A stretch of DNA of 61,080 bases, counting the filler. It is 4 parts of 4 records of this genome, joined end to end, with 100 filler letters (N's around TTAATTAATTAA, not from the genome) between each part and the next. Parts side by side here need not be neighbours in the genome. Positions count along the whole stretch, not along the records: positions 19,539 to 36,947 come from DRR378314_660; 3 more parts are not named here. One strand, written 5' to 3'. The notes under the pieces were generated by a model. It did no database searches, was not told where the DNA came from, and was given only the letters and a program-made list of their open reading frames with translations. Both the position numbers and the translations under genes were made by a program. Positions 23,902-34,630 of the stretch are shown piece by piece. The stretch's first letter is position 1; every line of letters begins with the position of its first letter.

Positions 23902-23981
23902 GCAGTAAAATTCCATTGATATTTGTTTATGTAATTTACATTACGAAATTACATTTGCTGGGTTTGGTTTATCCGTAGGAG

Positions 23982-25226
23982 ATGACAATGCATGGGACTC
24001 AGCAGGTAAGACAGCAGCAAGCAGCTACGCTCACCCACGATATCGTTATTGTGGGAGGCGGGCTGGTCGGTGCCAGCTTAGGCTGCGCGTTGGCGCCGTT
24101 GATTGAGCGCTACGGCTGGCGTGTGGCAATTGTTGAAGCGGCTGCCTTACCTGAAAACGCTGAGAAGTCAGCGTGGCAGCCAAGCTTTGATGCTAGGGCA
24201 AGTGCTATTGCTGAAGGCTCTGCCCAACGCTTTCGCCAACTGGGTGTTTGGGAGGCGATGCGCAGTGAAGCTACCCCGATCAAGCGCATTCATATCAGCG
24301 AGCGCGGTCGTTTAGGTGCCACTAGGCTTAGCGCTCAGGAGCTGGGAGTGTCGGCATTGGGGCATGTCATTCCTAATGCTTGGATGGGGCGTGTGCTGCA
24401 TCACCATCTTCAGCAACTGCCGATTGAGTGGCACTGCCCTGCAACGGTGGCGCAACTAATGCCACAAGCTAACGGCCACCGCCTGGTGCTTTCCGATGGC
24501 AGTGAACTAACGGCAGCGCTGACTATTCTCGCCGATGGCGGGCGATCTGGACTGAAAGAGCAGTTGGGCATCAGTAGTCGCCACCGCTCTTACGAGCAAA
24601 CAGCCGTCATTGCCCATGTCGGTATTAGCCAGCCCCACGAGGGGGTTGCCTATGAGCGCTTTACAGCAGAGGGGCCGATCGCACTGCTGCCACTGCCTGG
24701 CCAAGCGATGGAGCTGGTCTGGACGCATGCCAGCGGCACAGAGCAGGCGCGACTAGCGCTCTCCGATTCGGCGTTTTTACGCCAGCTACAAGCTGCCTTT
24801 GGTGATCGAGTCGGGCGTTTTACCCGGGTGGGGCAGCGTTTCAGCTACCCACTTTCGCTGATTACCGCGGAAGAGCCCGTTCGACCTGGGTTGGCGGTGT
24901 TGGGAAATGCTGCCCATGCGCTTCACCCGGTAGCGGGTCAGGGGTTTAACTTGGCACTGCGCTCAGTGATGGATCTGGTCGAAGCACTAGCGCAGGGCGC
25001 TCAGAACCAACGTGCTCTTGGTGATATGGACATGCTACTCGCCTTTGAGCAGCGTCGTGCGCAAGACCGAGCCAATGTCATTCGGTTTAGCGATGGGTTA
25101 GTGCGTCTATTTGGCTATTCGCTGCCCCTACTGCCGCATGCCCGAGCAGCTGGCCTGGTGGGGCTCAATTTAGTGGGCCCGCTTCGCCGCAGCTTGGCAC
25201 GCAGAGCAATGGGTCTGGAGCGCTGA
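23982..25226 (+). CDS. ubiH: 2-octaprenyl-6-methoxyphenol hydroxylase
   Basis: GGGLVG, FDARASA, ADGGRS, AYERFT, GNAAHALHPVAGQGFNL; follows pepP. Confidence 0.92.
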   Translation: MTMHGTQQVRQQQAATLTHDIVIVGGGLVGASLGCALAPLIERYGWRVAIVEAAALPENAEKSAWQPSFDARASAIAEGSAQRFRQLGVWEAMRSEATPIKRIHISERGRLGATRLSAQELGVSALGHVIPNAWMGRVLHHHLQQLPIEWHCPATVAQLMPQANGHRLVLSDGSELTAALTILADGGRSGLKEQLGISSRHRSYEQTAVIAHVGISQPHEGVAYERFTAEGPIALLPLPGQAMELVWTHASGTEQARLALSDSAFLRQLQAAFGDRVGRFTRVGQRFSYPLSLITAEEPVRPGLAVLGNAAHALHPVAGQGFNLALRSVMDLVEALAQGAQNQRALGDMDMLLAFEQRRAQDRANVIRFSDGLVRLFGYSLPLLPHARAAGLVGLNLVGPLRRSLARRAMGLER

Positions 25227-25251
25227 TGCAACAAGTAGCTAAGGGAACGTT

Positions 25252-26508
25252 ATGAAAACGCAAACAGCGGCAATAGATGTGCCGGTTGAACGTTTTGACG
25301 CGGTGATCGTAGGCGCCGGAATGGTCGGCACGGCGCTAGCAGGGCTGCTGGCTAACGCTGGGATGCAGGTGGCGTTGGTAGAAACCAAAGCAGCACCACT
25401 GCGCTTAGATGCTTTTGGTGACCATTCGCCTGCCCCCAGGGTGAGTGCTTTGACGCCGGTTTCACAGCGGCTGCTCTCGCATTTGAAGGCATGGCCCGCG
25501 ATGGCTGCTACTAGGGTAACGCCTTACCGTTATATGCAGGTGTGGGATGCAGAAGGCAGCGGTAGCATCCATTTTTCCGCCGATGAAGCAGGTGCGCCCG
25601 TACTTGGGCATATTGTTGAAAACGATGTGACATTGGCCGCGTTAAATGAGCAGGTGCTAGCGCTGCCTTCCGTTAGCACTTTCTTTGGAGTGGGCGTGGA
25701 GGCTTTGCAAACCTCGGATAACGGGCGTTGGTTAGTGCTGGATGACGGCCGACAACTGAGTACGCCCTTATTAATTGCTGCCGACGGTGCACGCTCCACC
25801 ATGCGTGAATTGGCAGGGATATCAGTGGCCGAAGAGTCTATGCAGCAAGAGGCTGTCGTTACCACAGTAAGGTGTGAAAAGTCCCATGGCGACACGGCTC
25901 GTCAGGCTTTTATCGCTGGCCATCCACTGGCTTTTTTGCCGTTAACAGTGGGCGGTGATGATCGCTACTGTTCGATTGTCTGGTCGACCACGCCTGAGCA
26001 TGCACATCAACTTACATCGCTCTCTAGTGAGGCGTTGGGGCAGGCGCTAAGTGAAGCCTTTGACTACCGTTTAGGTCAGGTGAGTGCCGTCGATGCGGCC
26101 TATCGGTTTCCGCTGATTCAGCGCCACGCCGCTCACTACGTGCAGCCTAATTTTGCCTTGGTGGGCGATGCTGCCCATAGCATTCACCCGCTAGCGGGGC
26201 AGGGCGTTAACCTAGGATTTATGGATGCGGCAGTGCTGGCTGAGGAAGTGATTAATGCATGGCAGCGAGGAGCCCCCTGGGGGGCGCTGACCACGCTGAG
26301 TCGCTACGAGCGGCGTAGGCGCTTCGATAACAGCGCCATGCTAGGGCTGATGAAAGGGTTTAAAGTGCTTTTCGGTAGCCAAGTGCCTGCATTGACGCTG
26401 GCGCGCAATATGGGGATGAGTGGTATGAATCAGTTGGTGCCGATAAAACGACTGGTGATGCGGCAGGCAATCGGAGAGCGAGGACGCCTGCCGCAATCGT
26501 GTCGTTAA
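25252..26508 (+). CDS. ubiI: UbiI/VisC-family FAD-dependent hydroxylase of ubiquinone biosynthesis
   Basis: GAGMVG, RVSAL, LGHIVEN, ADGARS, GDAAHSIHPLAGQGVNLG; follows ubiH. Confidence 0.85.
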   Translation: MKTQTAAIDVPVERFDAVIVGAGMVGTALAGLLANAGMQVALVETKAAPLRLDAFGDHSPAPRVSALTPVSQRLLSHLKAWPAMAATRVTPYRYMQVWDAEGSGSIHFSADEAGAPVLGHIVENDVTLAALNEQVLALPSVSTFFGVGVEALQTSDNGRWLVLDDGRQLSTPLLIAADGARSTMRELAGISVAEESMQQEAVVTTVRCEKSHGDTARQAFIAGHPLAFLPLTVGGDDRYCSIVWSTTPEHAHQLTSLSSEALGQALSEAFDYRLGQVSAVDAAYRFPLIQRHAAHYVQPNFALVGDAAHSIHPLAGQGVNLGFMDAAVLAEEVINAWQRGAPWGALTTLSRYERRRRFDNSAMLGLMKGFKVLFGSQVPALTLARNMGMSGMNQLVPIKRLVMRQAIGERGRLPQSCR

Positions 26509-27806
26509 CGGCGCCGACGATCCACCACGTTCAATGCTTTGAGTAAGTTCAGCGCTTCACTGAGCTGATAGTCCTCGCGTAGGCGCTGAGACATTTCAGT
26601 CCGCTCCCGGGGCATTGCGTCTTGGCCGCTTAGATGACCATCAAGATCAGCTTCGCGGATTTGACGTTGCCCCTCAGCCACTTCCAGCCGGCCGCGTACC
26701 ACTTCCACGTCAGGCTCGATACCTTGTGCTTGGATTGAGCGCCCATTGGGGGTGTAGTAAAGCGCGGTTGTCAGCTTAAGACCTTCGCCATTGCCAAGCG
26801 GCATGATCTGCTGCACGGAGCCTTTACCAAAGCTTTCGGTGCCCATTATCACCCCGCGGCGCTGGTCTTGAAGCGCCCCGGCGACAATTTCAGCAGCCGA
26901 GGCGCTACCACTGTTTATCAGTACAACGAGCGGAACATCACCAGCGGGTGTCTCTGGCGATGCCGAAAACGACATTTCGGTGTCAGAAAGACGCCCTTCG
27001 GTGTAGACAATTAGTCCTTCATCCAGGAACAGGTCGGCAACGCCAACGGCGGCCTGCAAAACGCCACCTGGGTTATTGCGTAAATCGAGAATGAGTCCCT
27101 CAAGTGGCTGCTCTCGGGCCATGCGCTCTAACGACCTATGTGCCTGCTCTGGGGTGCGCGACTGAAACTGGCTAATTCGCAAGTAGCCATAGCCTGGCTC
27201 CAGCACTTCATGCTTAACGCTTTCATTGCGAATTACTTCGCGCGTTAGTGTGAACTCACGCGGAGACTCCTCACCCGCCCGCAAGACGGAAATACGCAGT
27301 TGGCTACCCGGTTCGCCACGCATCAGGTTAACCGCCTCTTGAAGCGATAAGCTGTCGGTTGGCGTTCCATCGATAGCCACAATCACATCGCGGGATAACA
27401 GGCCCGCTCGTGAAGCTGGTGTGTCATCGATGGGGGTAATAACTATTAGCTGCCCGTTTTCTGTGCCTACTTCAATGCCAATACCGCCAAACTCACCCTG
27501 GGTGGATTCGCGCAGGCTTCGGTACTCTTCTTCGTCTAAATAGGCTGAATGGGGATCTAGCTCGCTGAGCATGCCTCGCATGGCATTACGCAATAACGTG
27601 CGGTCGTCAACCTCTTCGACATAGCCGCGTTTAATGCGCTCAAACACCTCAGCAAAGGTCTGGATCTCTTCAAGCGGTAGGTCATCAGCAACGCTATTTG
27701 CAGACTGAGCCATTAAGGGGAAAGGAGCAGTCAGCAGTACAAGCGGGAGCAGGGTAGCCAAAAAGCGCTTGGCAGGGGCCGATACCTTGGTAACAGATAG
27801 CGTCAT
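26505..27806 (-). CDS. ctpA: S41A carboxyl-terminal processing protease (PDZ + Ser/Lys dyad)
   Basis: Signal peptide, LDPHSAYL, FGGIG PDZ motif, LDLRNNPGG, SASAAE, GKGSVQ. Confidence 0.92.
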   Translation of the reverse strand: MTLSVTKVSAPAKRFLATLLPLVLLTAPFPLMAQSANSVADDLPLEEIQTFAEVFERIKRGYVEEVDDRTLLRNAMRGMLSELDPHSAYLDEEEYRSLRESTQGEFGGIGIEVGTENGQLIVITPIDDTPASRAGLLSRDVIVAIDGTPTDSLSLQEAVNLMRGEPGSQLRISVLRAGEESPREFTLTREVIRNESVKHEVLEPGYGYLRISQFQSRTPEQAHRSLERMAREQPLEGLILDLRNNPGGVLQAAVGVADLFLDEGLIVYTEGRLSDTEMSFSASPETPAGDVPLVVLINSGSASAAEIVAGALQDQRRGVIMGTESFGKGSVQQIMPLGNGEGLKLTTALYYTPNGRSIQAQGIEPDVEVVRGRLEVAEGQRQIREADLDGHLSGQDAMPRERTEMSQRLREDYQLSEALNLLKALNVVDRRRR

Positions 27807-27893
27807 GCGGACTCCGCTAGGCGAAAGGCAGCGCCAGAAGGCGCTGCATAAGTTGAGACATGATTGTTAATTCATAGGAGTCAGCTTATCCCG

Positions 27894-29039
27894 TCAGCGG
27901 CGTGCAATCCAACGTTGTGGATTAATTGGTTCACCGCTACGCCGCACTTCGAAGTAAAGCGCGGGGTTGGTCTGCCCGCCGCTGTTGCCGACACGTCCAA
28001 TTTCAGTGCCACGGCTTACTTGTTGGCCGGGCCGTGCACTAAATTGTTGCAAGTGAGCATAGAGCGTCATGATCTGATCACCGTGATCAATAATCAGCAG
28101 GTTGCCAAAGCCACGCATCCAGTCGGCGAATACCACGCGGCCCGTATGAACGGCTGTTACTGCACTGCCCGAATCTGCTCGAATCACGATACCGTTATAG
28201 TGCACGCCGTCTCTACGCTGAAAGGTTGCCGTAATGGCTCCTTGCACGGGCCAGGGTAAATCGCCCCGCGTGCGGGTGATGTGTGTGGTCGGTGTTGGCT
28301 CGGCTAAACGAGCCAGCTCCGCTTGTATCGCCCTTAGCTGCTGTTCGGCCTGCTCACGGCTTTGGTTAAGATCGGCTAAGCGGTCCTCTTCGCTGCCATA
28401 GCGGTCATCCAGGGTCGCTACGACGCCACGCCGCTCCTCGGTTCGCTGAGCGAGTATAGCGCTTTGCTCTTCTAGCTCGTCGGCTAATGCATCAAGGCGC
28501 GTTTGACGCTCGCTGAGCGCTTGCTCGGTATCTGCCAGTGCGTTGTCGAGGCGGCTTATATCCGTAAGGCGTTGCTGACGCGCCTGAGTCAGGCGATTTA
28601 GATACGCCTGCATTCGGTCTAGCTCGGCTGGATCGCTTTGATTTAGGAGCAGTTTCAACTGGGGTGTTGGCCCCAGTCGATAAAGGGCTGCCAGCTGTTG
28701 GCTCAGCGCAGCGTATTGCGCTTCACGCTCACCTTCCAAGCGCTCTCGGTGCTGGCGAAGTTGGGTCGTTTCGTCGGCCAGTTGACGACGCTCAGCCTGA
28801 AGTTGATCCAGGCGCTGGTGAGTCTCGGCAAGCTCCGTTTCCACATGGCGCAGCTCGCGCTCGGCGCTATCCCGCGCTTGCCCGGTCGCACTGAGGCGCT
28901 GGGCAGCCGCTTCGATCTCCTGGCCAATCGCATCCAACTGCTGGCGCGCCGCATTTTCATTTGGCTGGGCTAAACTTGCTGGCGCATAACCTAACGCCAG
29001 CATGAGCGCGACAGCTAACGTCCATCGCATCAGCATCAA
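27894..29039 (-). CDS. envC: Murein hydrolase activator EnvC (coiled coil + degenerate LytM)
   Basis: Signal peptide, long coiled coil, LPWPVQG. The LytM lacks HxxxD/HxH (NGIVI; LYFEVR). gpmI-envC-ctpA synteny. Confidence 0.9.
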   Translation of the reverse strand: MMLMRWTLAVALMLALGYAPASLAQPNENAARQQLDAIGQEIEAAAQRLSATGQARDSAERELRHVETELAETHQRLDQLQAERRQLADETTQLRQHRERLEGEREAQYAALSQQLAALYRLGPTPQLKLLLNQSDPAELDRMQAYLNRLTQARQQRLTDISRLDNALADTEQALSERQTRLDALADELEEQSAILAQRTEERRGVVATLDDRYGSEEDRLADLNQSREQAEQQLRAIQAELARLAEPTPTTHITRTRGDLPWPVQGAITATFQRRDGVHYNGIVIRADSGSAVTAVHTGRVVFADWMRGFGNLLIIDHGDQIMTLYAHLQQFSARPGQQVSRGTEIGRVGNSGGQTNPALYFEVRRSGEPINPQRWIARR

Positions 29040-30598
29040 TCGAAATGAATCAGTGGGTTACCTGTCATTGCTTCGGGCTGTGCCTGGTTCATCATGGTTA
29101 ACAACGTCGGCGCTAAATCGCACAGTCGCCCATCTTCCAGCCGCCCATTCTGCTCTCCCACGTAAATCAACGGCACCGTAAAGGTCGTGTGAGCTGTTTG
29201 CGGCGCGCCTGTTTCCGGATGCACCATCTGTTCGGCATTGCCATGGTCAGCTGTGATCAGGCAAGCACCACTGGCACGTTCAATGGCCTCTACTACTCGG
29301 CCAACGCAAGTATCAACGGTTTCAATCGCTTTTACCGCGGCGTTGAAGTCACCGGTATGGCCAACCATATCGCCATTGGCATAGTTGCACACTATTAAGT
29401 CGAAGCGACCGCTGTCGATAGCGTCCACCAGCTTATCGGTGATCTCAAAGGCGCTCATCTCGGGTTTTTCGTCGTAGGTTTTAACGTCACGGGGGGAGGG
29501 CACTAAAATGCGCTCTTCGCCTGCGTACTCGGCTTCATTACCGCCGGAGAAGAAAAAGGTGACGTGGGGATACTTTTCTGTTTCTGCGATACGTAGCTGA
29601 GTTAGGCCTCGTTTAGCAACCACTTCCCCCAGGGTGTCGGTGAGATCAGAAGGGGGGAAGGCCGCTGGTGCTGGAATGTTGGCGGCGTACTGGGTCATCG
29701 TGACTAAACCGTCGCCAGCCAGCGTAGGGCGTACACGCCGCTCAAAGCCGTTAAACTCAGCTTCAGTGATTGCGCGGGTTAATTCGCGGGCGCGGTCGGA
29801 GCGGAAATTGAGGAAAATAGCTGCATCGCCATCTTGGAGCGTAATGGCGGTGCCATTCAGCGGAATACTGCTAGAAGCGACAAATTCGTCGGTTTCGCCG
29901 CGCTGGTAAGCGTCGCGCAGGGCGGTTTCAGCGCTGGAAGCAATAAAGTCAGCGTGGCCATCGGTCAGCAAGCGGTAGGCTTGCTCAACCCGCTCCCAGC
30001 GGTTATCTCGGTCCATTGCATAAAAGCGGCCAATGACTGAGGCAACAAAGCCATTGTCGGCACCTACTAACTCTGCCAAACGTGCATTAGCACGCTCGAT
30101 CGAGCGGAGCGCACTTTGCGGCGGCATATCGCGCCCGTCTAAAAACGCATGGATAAAAATGCGCTGCGCGCCGCGCCGGGCAGCAAGCTCAGCCATGGCA
30201 ATAAAGTGATCTTCGTGGCTATGCACGCCGCCGGGAGAAAGCAGCCCAAGTAAGTGAACGGCGCGGCCATTGGCAACGGCCTCGTCGATGGGCTTGGTCA
30301 GCACCTCGTTGGTGTCTAGGTCGCCGTCTTCAATTGCTTTGGTGATGCGGGTGAAGTCCTGGTACACAACACGCCCGGCACCAATATTCATATGGCCTAC
30401 TTCGGAATTACCCATCTGCCCGTCAGGCAGGCCCACATGGCGACCATCGGTGTGCACATAGGCGTGCGGGCGGCTGGCCCACAGTTTGTCCATGTTGGGC
30501 GTATTAGCTGCGGCCACTGCGTTGTGGGCGCTATCGGGATTGTGGCCGTAGCCATCTAAAATGATTAGCGCCACGGGGCGCGGTGCAGTTGTAGCCAT
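29036..30598 (-). CDS. gpmI: 2,3-bisphosphoglycerate-independent phosphoglycerate mutase
   Basis: [53 protein letters not shown]. Start at ATG 30598 with GAGG RBS. Confidence 0.97.
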   Translation of the reverse strand: MATTAPRPVALIILDGYGHNPDSAHNAVAAANTPNMDKLWASRPHAYVHTDGRHVGLPDGQMGNSEVGHMNIGAGRVVYQDFTRITKAIEDGDLDTNEVLTKPIDEAVANGRAVHLLGLLSPGGVHSHEDHFIAMAELAARRGAQRIFIHAFLDGRDMPPQSALRSIERANARLAELVGADNGFVASVIGRFYAMDRDNRWERVEQAYRLLTDGHADFIASSAETALRDAYQRGETDEFVASSSIPLNGTAITLQDGDAAIFLNFRSDRARELTRAITEAEFNGFERRVRPTLAGDGLVTMTQYAANIPAPAAFPPSDLTDTLGEVVAKRGLTQLRIAETEKYPHVTFFFSGGNEAEYAGEERILVPSPRDVKTYDEKPEMSAFEITDKLVDAIDSGRFDLIVCNYANGDMVGHTGDFNAAVKAIETVDTCVGRVVEAIERASGACLITADHGNAEQMVHPETGAPQTAHTTFTVPLIYVGEQNGRLEDGRLCDLAPTLLTMMNQAQPEAMTGNPLIHFD

Positions 30599-30849
30599 GA
30601 AAACCTCGTTATGTTGGTCAGCCAAGCGACATGAGGTGCTGTTTGAAACGTTGGTGAAGGTTGCTCAAACAGTTTTCAGACAACACCTTATAATCAGGGT
30701 CGCGACAGGCGCGCGCATGGGGCATCATAACGCAGGCAGCCGTTGGGCGTCATGGCCTGCGCGGTATGCCGTGTGACGTGTATACTTGTTGCGTTTCTGG
30801 AGGCGGCTAGGCCGCTTTTTTCTGCATAGACCAAGAGATTGTGTTCACG

Positions 30850-31272
30850 ATGATCGATCAGCTGTTCGAATTCGTAATGAACCACCCCCTACTTGTCGGG
30901 GCGTTTTTGCTGGTATTAATAGCATGGGTGGCGTACGAAGCGCGCAGCGCCGCCACGCATGCTGTGACCTCTACCCAGGCGACTCAGCTTATTAACCGTG
31001 AAGACGCGGTGGTGCTGGATATCCGTGAAAGCAAAGACTTTAAAGCAGGGCATATTGCAGGTGCACGCAATATTCCCCAAAGCAGCCTCGACAGCCGCAT
31101 GAATGAACTGGAGAAAGTGAAAAGCCAGCCGATCATCGTGGTATGTAAGCATGGCCAAAGCTCTGGTGCTGCCCAGGCAAAACTTGCTAAGGCAGGTTTT
31201 GAACGTGTCAATAAGTTAAGAGGTGGCATGGTGCAGTGGCAGGCCGATGGTCTTCCGGTGGTAAAAAAGTAA
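30850..31272 (+). CDS. Rhodanese-like domain protein (YibN-like)
   Basis: N-terminal TM helix, LDIRE...GHIAGARNIP, VVCKHG, LRGGM..W; divergent from gpmI. Confidence 0.9.
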   Translation: MIDQLFEFVMNHPLLVGAFLLVLIAWVAYEARSAATHAVTSTQATQLINREDAVVLDIRESKDFKAGHIAGARNIPQSSLDSRMNELEKVKSQPIIVVCKHGQSSGAAQAKLAKAGFERVNKLRGGMVQWQADGLPVVKK

Positions 31273-31342
31273 TTAAGTAGCAAGTATTTAACCGTGCGCT
31301 GTCGCGCAATTTTTTAGCAGATGAACAATTAGGAGTATCCCA

Positions 31343-31852
31343 ATGGCGGAAGATAACAACACCCCGCAGGCAGGCGCCGCAGAAGGTGAAAAGCCTCAGC
31401 TGAAGTTCTCTTTACAGCGTATCTATGTGAAAGATATTTCCTTTGAAGCGCCGAACTCACCTTCCGTATTCAAGCAGGCATTTAAGCCTAAGGTGAATCT
31501 GGATCTGAACACCACTAGCCAGAAAATAGCCGACGACCAGTACGAAGTGGTTGTAAAGGTGACTGCCCAGGTTAACGATAGCGAAACCGGCACTACGTCG
31601 TTCCTTGCAGAAGTAGAGCAAGCTGGCCTGTTCCGTATTTCTGGAATTGAAGGGGCACAGCTGGAACAAACTCTGGGTGCGTTCTGCCCCAACTTGCTGT
31701 TCCCTTATGCTCGTGAATGCGTTGACAACCTGGTCAATCGTGGTGGTTTCCCGCCGCTAATGCTGGCGCCGGTGAATTTTGAAGCCATGTACGCTCAGCG
31801 CAAGCAGCGTGAAGCGCAGCAGGCTCAGCAAGCAGCCGAGAATACTCACTAA
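31343..31852 (+). CDS. secB: Protein-export chaperone SecB
   Basis: LQRIYVKDISFEAPNSP, FLAEVEQAGLF, CPNLLFPYARE, GGFPPLMLAPVNF. Confidence 0.97.
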   Translation: MAEDNNTPQAGAAEGEKPQLKFSLQRIYVKDISFEAPNSPSVFKQAFKPKVNLDLNTTSQKIADDQYEVVVKVTAQVNDSETGTTSFLAEVEQAGLFRISGIEGAQLEQTLGAFCPNLLFPYARECVDNLVNRGGFPPLMLAPVNFEAMYAQRKQREAQQAQQAAENTH

Positions 31853-31854
31853 GT

Positions 31855-32610
31855 ATGCATGCTGCTGACTGGGTTGCCTTACACGGCAAAATGCCCCGCC
31901 TTTATGTGCCCGCTGAGTTTGCAGTGGGCGCAACCATTACTCTGCCTGACGGCCCGGCGCGGCATGTGACGCGGGTGCTACGGTTGGGCGAAAGTGCACC
32001 GCTGATGCTGTTTGATGGCAACGGCCAAGAGGCTGGCGTGCGCTTAGCCGATGTTGGTCGCAAGCAAACGACAGTGATCATCGAGGCTGTCTGGCCGGGT
32101 AGTGGCGAATCGCCGTTAGCGGTGCACCTTGGCCAAGCGATCTCGAAAGGCGATCGGATGGATTATGCCATTCAAAAAGCCGTTGAGCTGGGCGTTGCAG
32201 CGATTACCCCGCTCTACACAGAGCGGGGTGATGTGCGTCTCAAGGGCGATCGTGAAGAGAAAAAACTGGCTCACTGGCAGGCGGTTGCGGCTAGCGCTTG
32301 TGAACAGAGTGGGCGAGCGGTTGTCCCCCCCGTCTATCCACCAAAAGCGCTGGATGATTGGCTGGCCGAGCGGCAAGAGCCGTTACGCTTGATGCTTCAC
32401 CTAGCGACGGGCAATGTATTTTCGCAACAGCCATGCCCCGCTTCAGTAGCGCTCTTAATCGGCCCAGAGGGTGGCTTAAGTGCTGCGGATATTAATGCGG
32501 CCACTGTCGGTGGCTTTACACCGCTGACACTCGGCCCAAGAGTATTGCGTACTGAAACGGCACCTGTTGTTGCGTTAACGCTGCTACAGCACCACTTCGG
32601 TGATGTGTAA
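31855..32610 (+). CDS. rsmE: 16S rRNA m3U1498 methyltransferase
   Basis: HVTRVLRL, QKAVELGV, ACEQSGR, LIGPEGG, LGPRVLRTETA. Alternative start at 31891. Confidence 0.96.
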   Translation: MHAADWVALHGKMPRLYVPAEFAVGATITLPDGPARHVTRVLRLGESAPLMLFDGNGQEAGVRLADVGRKQTTVIIEAVWPGSGESPLAVHLGQAISKGDRMDYAIQKAVELGVAAITPLYTERGDVRLKGDREEKKLAHWQAVAASACEQSGRAVVPPVYPPKALDDWLAERQEPLRLMLHLATGNVFSQQPCPASVALLIGPEGGLSAADINAATVGGFTPLTLGPRVLRTETAPVVALTLLQHHFGDV

Positions 32611-32671
32611 GTACTCACTTTTCAGCGCTCACTTCTCTGTACCCACTTGTAAGAGCTCATCTTTAAATATT

Positions 32672-32710
32672 TATTCTTAAGGGCCTATTCTTAAGGGCCT
32701 ATTCTTAAGG
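32672..32710. repeat. Short tandem repeat, about 2.8 copies of TATTCTTAAGGGCC
   Basis: Exact copies at 32672-32685 and 32686-32699, partial copy 32700-32710, followed by degenerate copies. Confidence 0.85.
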
Positions 32711-32892
32711 AATATTTTAGGGGCTTATTTTTTAGCGGTACGCGTAAGTGAGTGCTTGCTAGCTGGCTGATGCCCTGCTGAGTGGTGTCGGTCGCTGTTT
32801 ATGCGCTGTCGAATTTACGTATACCGGCTGCGCTTTGCCTTGCGTGCGCAAGGCACCATAATGAAGGTCTACTTTCTGTAAGGACGGTACCT

Positions 32893-33597
32893 ATGGTCCG
32901 TGAGTCTCACTCTTCTCCCCGTTCCGCAAGCGACGCCGCTGCTCAGCTGGGTGACGTAGCCTATTTGACCGTGACGGCGGTCAATAGCACAGGGGCGTTT
33001 CTGCAATGGGGACAGCCCAAAGATGTACTGCTGCCTTATAGCGAGCAGCGCTTTCGCCCCGATCCCGGTAAGCGGGTACTGGTAATGCTGTATAGCGATG
33101 ACCAAGGGCGGCCTGTGGCTACCATGCGCCTGGATCGTTTTTTGACAGACGATGCTTGGGCGCTGGAAAAAGGTGATGAAGTGGCTGTGGTGGTAGCTGA
33201 CCGTACTGACCTTGGGATGAAGGTAGTGGTTAACCACCGTTATTGGGGATTAATCTATCAAGATGATATTACCCAGCCGCTGCGCCGCGGGCAGTCGCTG
33301 AAAGGTTATGTAAAGCAGCGCCGCGAAGATGGTCGTGTCGATATTTGCCTGCTCCCCCCGGGTGTGGCTCGCTTAGATGTAGTGGGTGATAAAGTATTGC
33401 AGGCGCTACGTGAAAGTGGTGGTTATCTAGCGTTGGGTGATAAAAGCTCCGCGCATGATATTAAGACGCGATTAGGTGTTAGCAAGAGTGCTTACAAGCA
33501 GGCCATTGGGCGACTTTATAAGCAGCAGTTAATTACCCTAGAGCCTGGTGCTATCCGGCTTGTACCGGGGGCGTTAACGGGCGGGCAAGACGAGTAG
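32893..33597 (+). CDS. CvfB-family S1 RNA-binding protein with C-terminal winged helix
   Basis: GAFLQWGQPKDVLLP, TDLGMKVVVN...WGLIY, GYVKQRREDGRVD, DKSS...GVSKSAYKQAIGRLYK. Confidence 0.85.
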   Translation: MVRESHSSPRSASDAAAQLGDVAYLTVTAVNSTGAFLQWGQPKDVLLPYSEQRFRPDPGKRVLVMLYSDDQGRPVATMRLDRFLTDDAWALEKGDEVAVVVADRTDLGMKVVVNHRYWGLIYQDDITQPLRRGQSLKGYVKQRREDGRVDICLLPPGVARLDVVGDKVLQALRESGGYLALGDKSSAHDIKTRLGVSKSAYKQAIGRLYKQQLITLEPGAIRLVPGALTGGQDE

Positions 33598-33673
33598 TCC
33601 CTAGCGACGGTTGGAGCTGTGCAGGCAGTGCGGCATACTGCTTACCTTTTGTTCATGTATGGATGTTACCCCG

Positions 33674-34630
33674 ATGAGCCAATCAACGTTGCATCTCGGT
33701 GTGGTGATGGATCCCATCAGCGACATCGCTTACAAGAAAGATACCACCATGGCCATGCTGTGGGCGGCGCAAGAGCGCGGCTACACACTGCATTATATGG
33801 AGCAAGAAGATCTTTTCTTGAACGCAGGACAGGCTTATGCACGTATGCGCCCATTAACGGTGCATCGCGATCCTAACCATTGGTACGACCTCGGTGAAGC
33901 GGCTCAGCGCCCACTGGTGGAGTTGGATATTGTGCTAATGCGCAAAGACCCGCCTGTCGATGCCGACTTTACCAATGCGGTCCATCTGCTGGGGTTTGCC
34001 GAGCGGGAAGGCGTTCTGGTGGTGAATCCAACGGCGGCGCTGTTGCAGTGTAATGAAAAGCTATTTGCCCAGCAGTTTCCCCAGTGCTGTGCGCCCACCA
34101 TTGTCGCCAGTCGTGATGACGTCCTGCGTGCTTTCCACGCGGAGCATGGTGATGTGATTTTCAAACCCCTTGATGGCATGGGCGGTACAGGGATTTTTCA
34201 TATTGGCCCTGATGGCCGCAATATTGGTGCGGTCATTGAGCAATTAACCCTGCGCGGCCAGCGGCAAATTATGGCGCAACGCTACCTAGCCGAAATCAAA
34301 GATGGCGACACGCGCATCTTATTGGTTGACGGTGAACCCGTGCCCTATGGGCTGGCGCGTATTCCCTCGGCGGGTGAAACTCGGGGTAACCTCGCCGCTG
34401 GCGGGCGCGGTGTCAGCCGTGAGTTGACTGAGCGTGACCACTGGTTGATTCAGCAGGTGCAGCCCATGATTCGTGAAAAAGGGCTGATGTTTGTTGGTTT
34501 AGATGTGATTGGTGATTACATCACTGAAATTAACGTCACCAGTCCTACCTGTGTGCGTGAAATTGATGATCAGCGCGGCACGGACATTGCCGGAATGCTG
34601 CTGGATGCTATTGAGCGTCGTCTTAACTAA
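33674..34630 (+). CDS. gshB: Glutathione synthetase
   Basis: GVVMDPI...KKDTT, LMRKDPP, KPLDGMGG, ETRGNLAAGG, TEINVTSPT. Confidence 0.97.
   Translation: MSQSTLHLGVVMDPISDIAYKKDTTMAMLWAAQERGYTLHYMEQEDLFLNAGQAYARMRPLTVHRDPNHWYDLGEAAQRPLVELDIVLMRKDPPVDADFTNAVHLLGFAEREGVLVVNPTAALLQCNEKLFAQQFPQCCAPTIVASRDDVLRAFHAEHGDVIFKPLDGMGGTGIFHIGPDGRNIGAVIEQLTLRGQRQIMAQRYLAEIKDGDTRILLVDGEPVPYGLARIPSAGETRGNLAAGGRGVSRELTERDHWLIQQVQPMIREKGLMFVGLDVIGDYITEINVTSPTCVREIDDQRGTDIAGMLLDAIERRLN

Noticed and set aside
27894-28260. LytM domain lacking zinc ligands, suggesting a pseudogene
   Set aside because: A degenerate LytM is the normal state of EnvC.
32672-32735. Short repeats considered as a CRISPR array
   Set aside because: 14-bp units are directly adjacent with no spacers, and there are no cas genes in the window.
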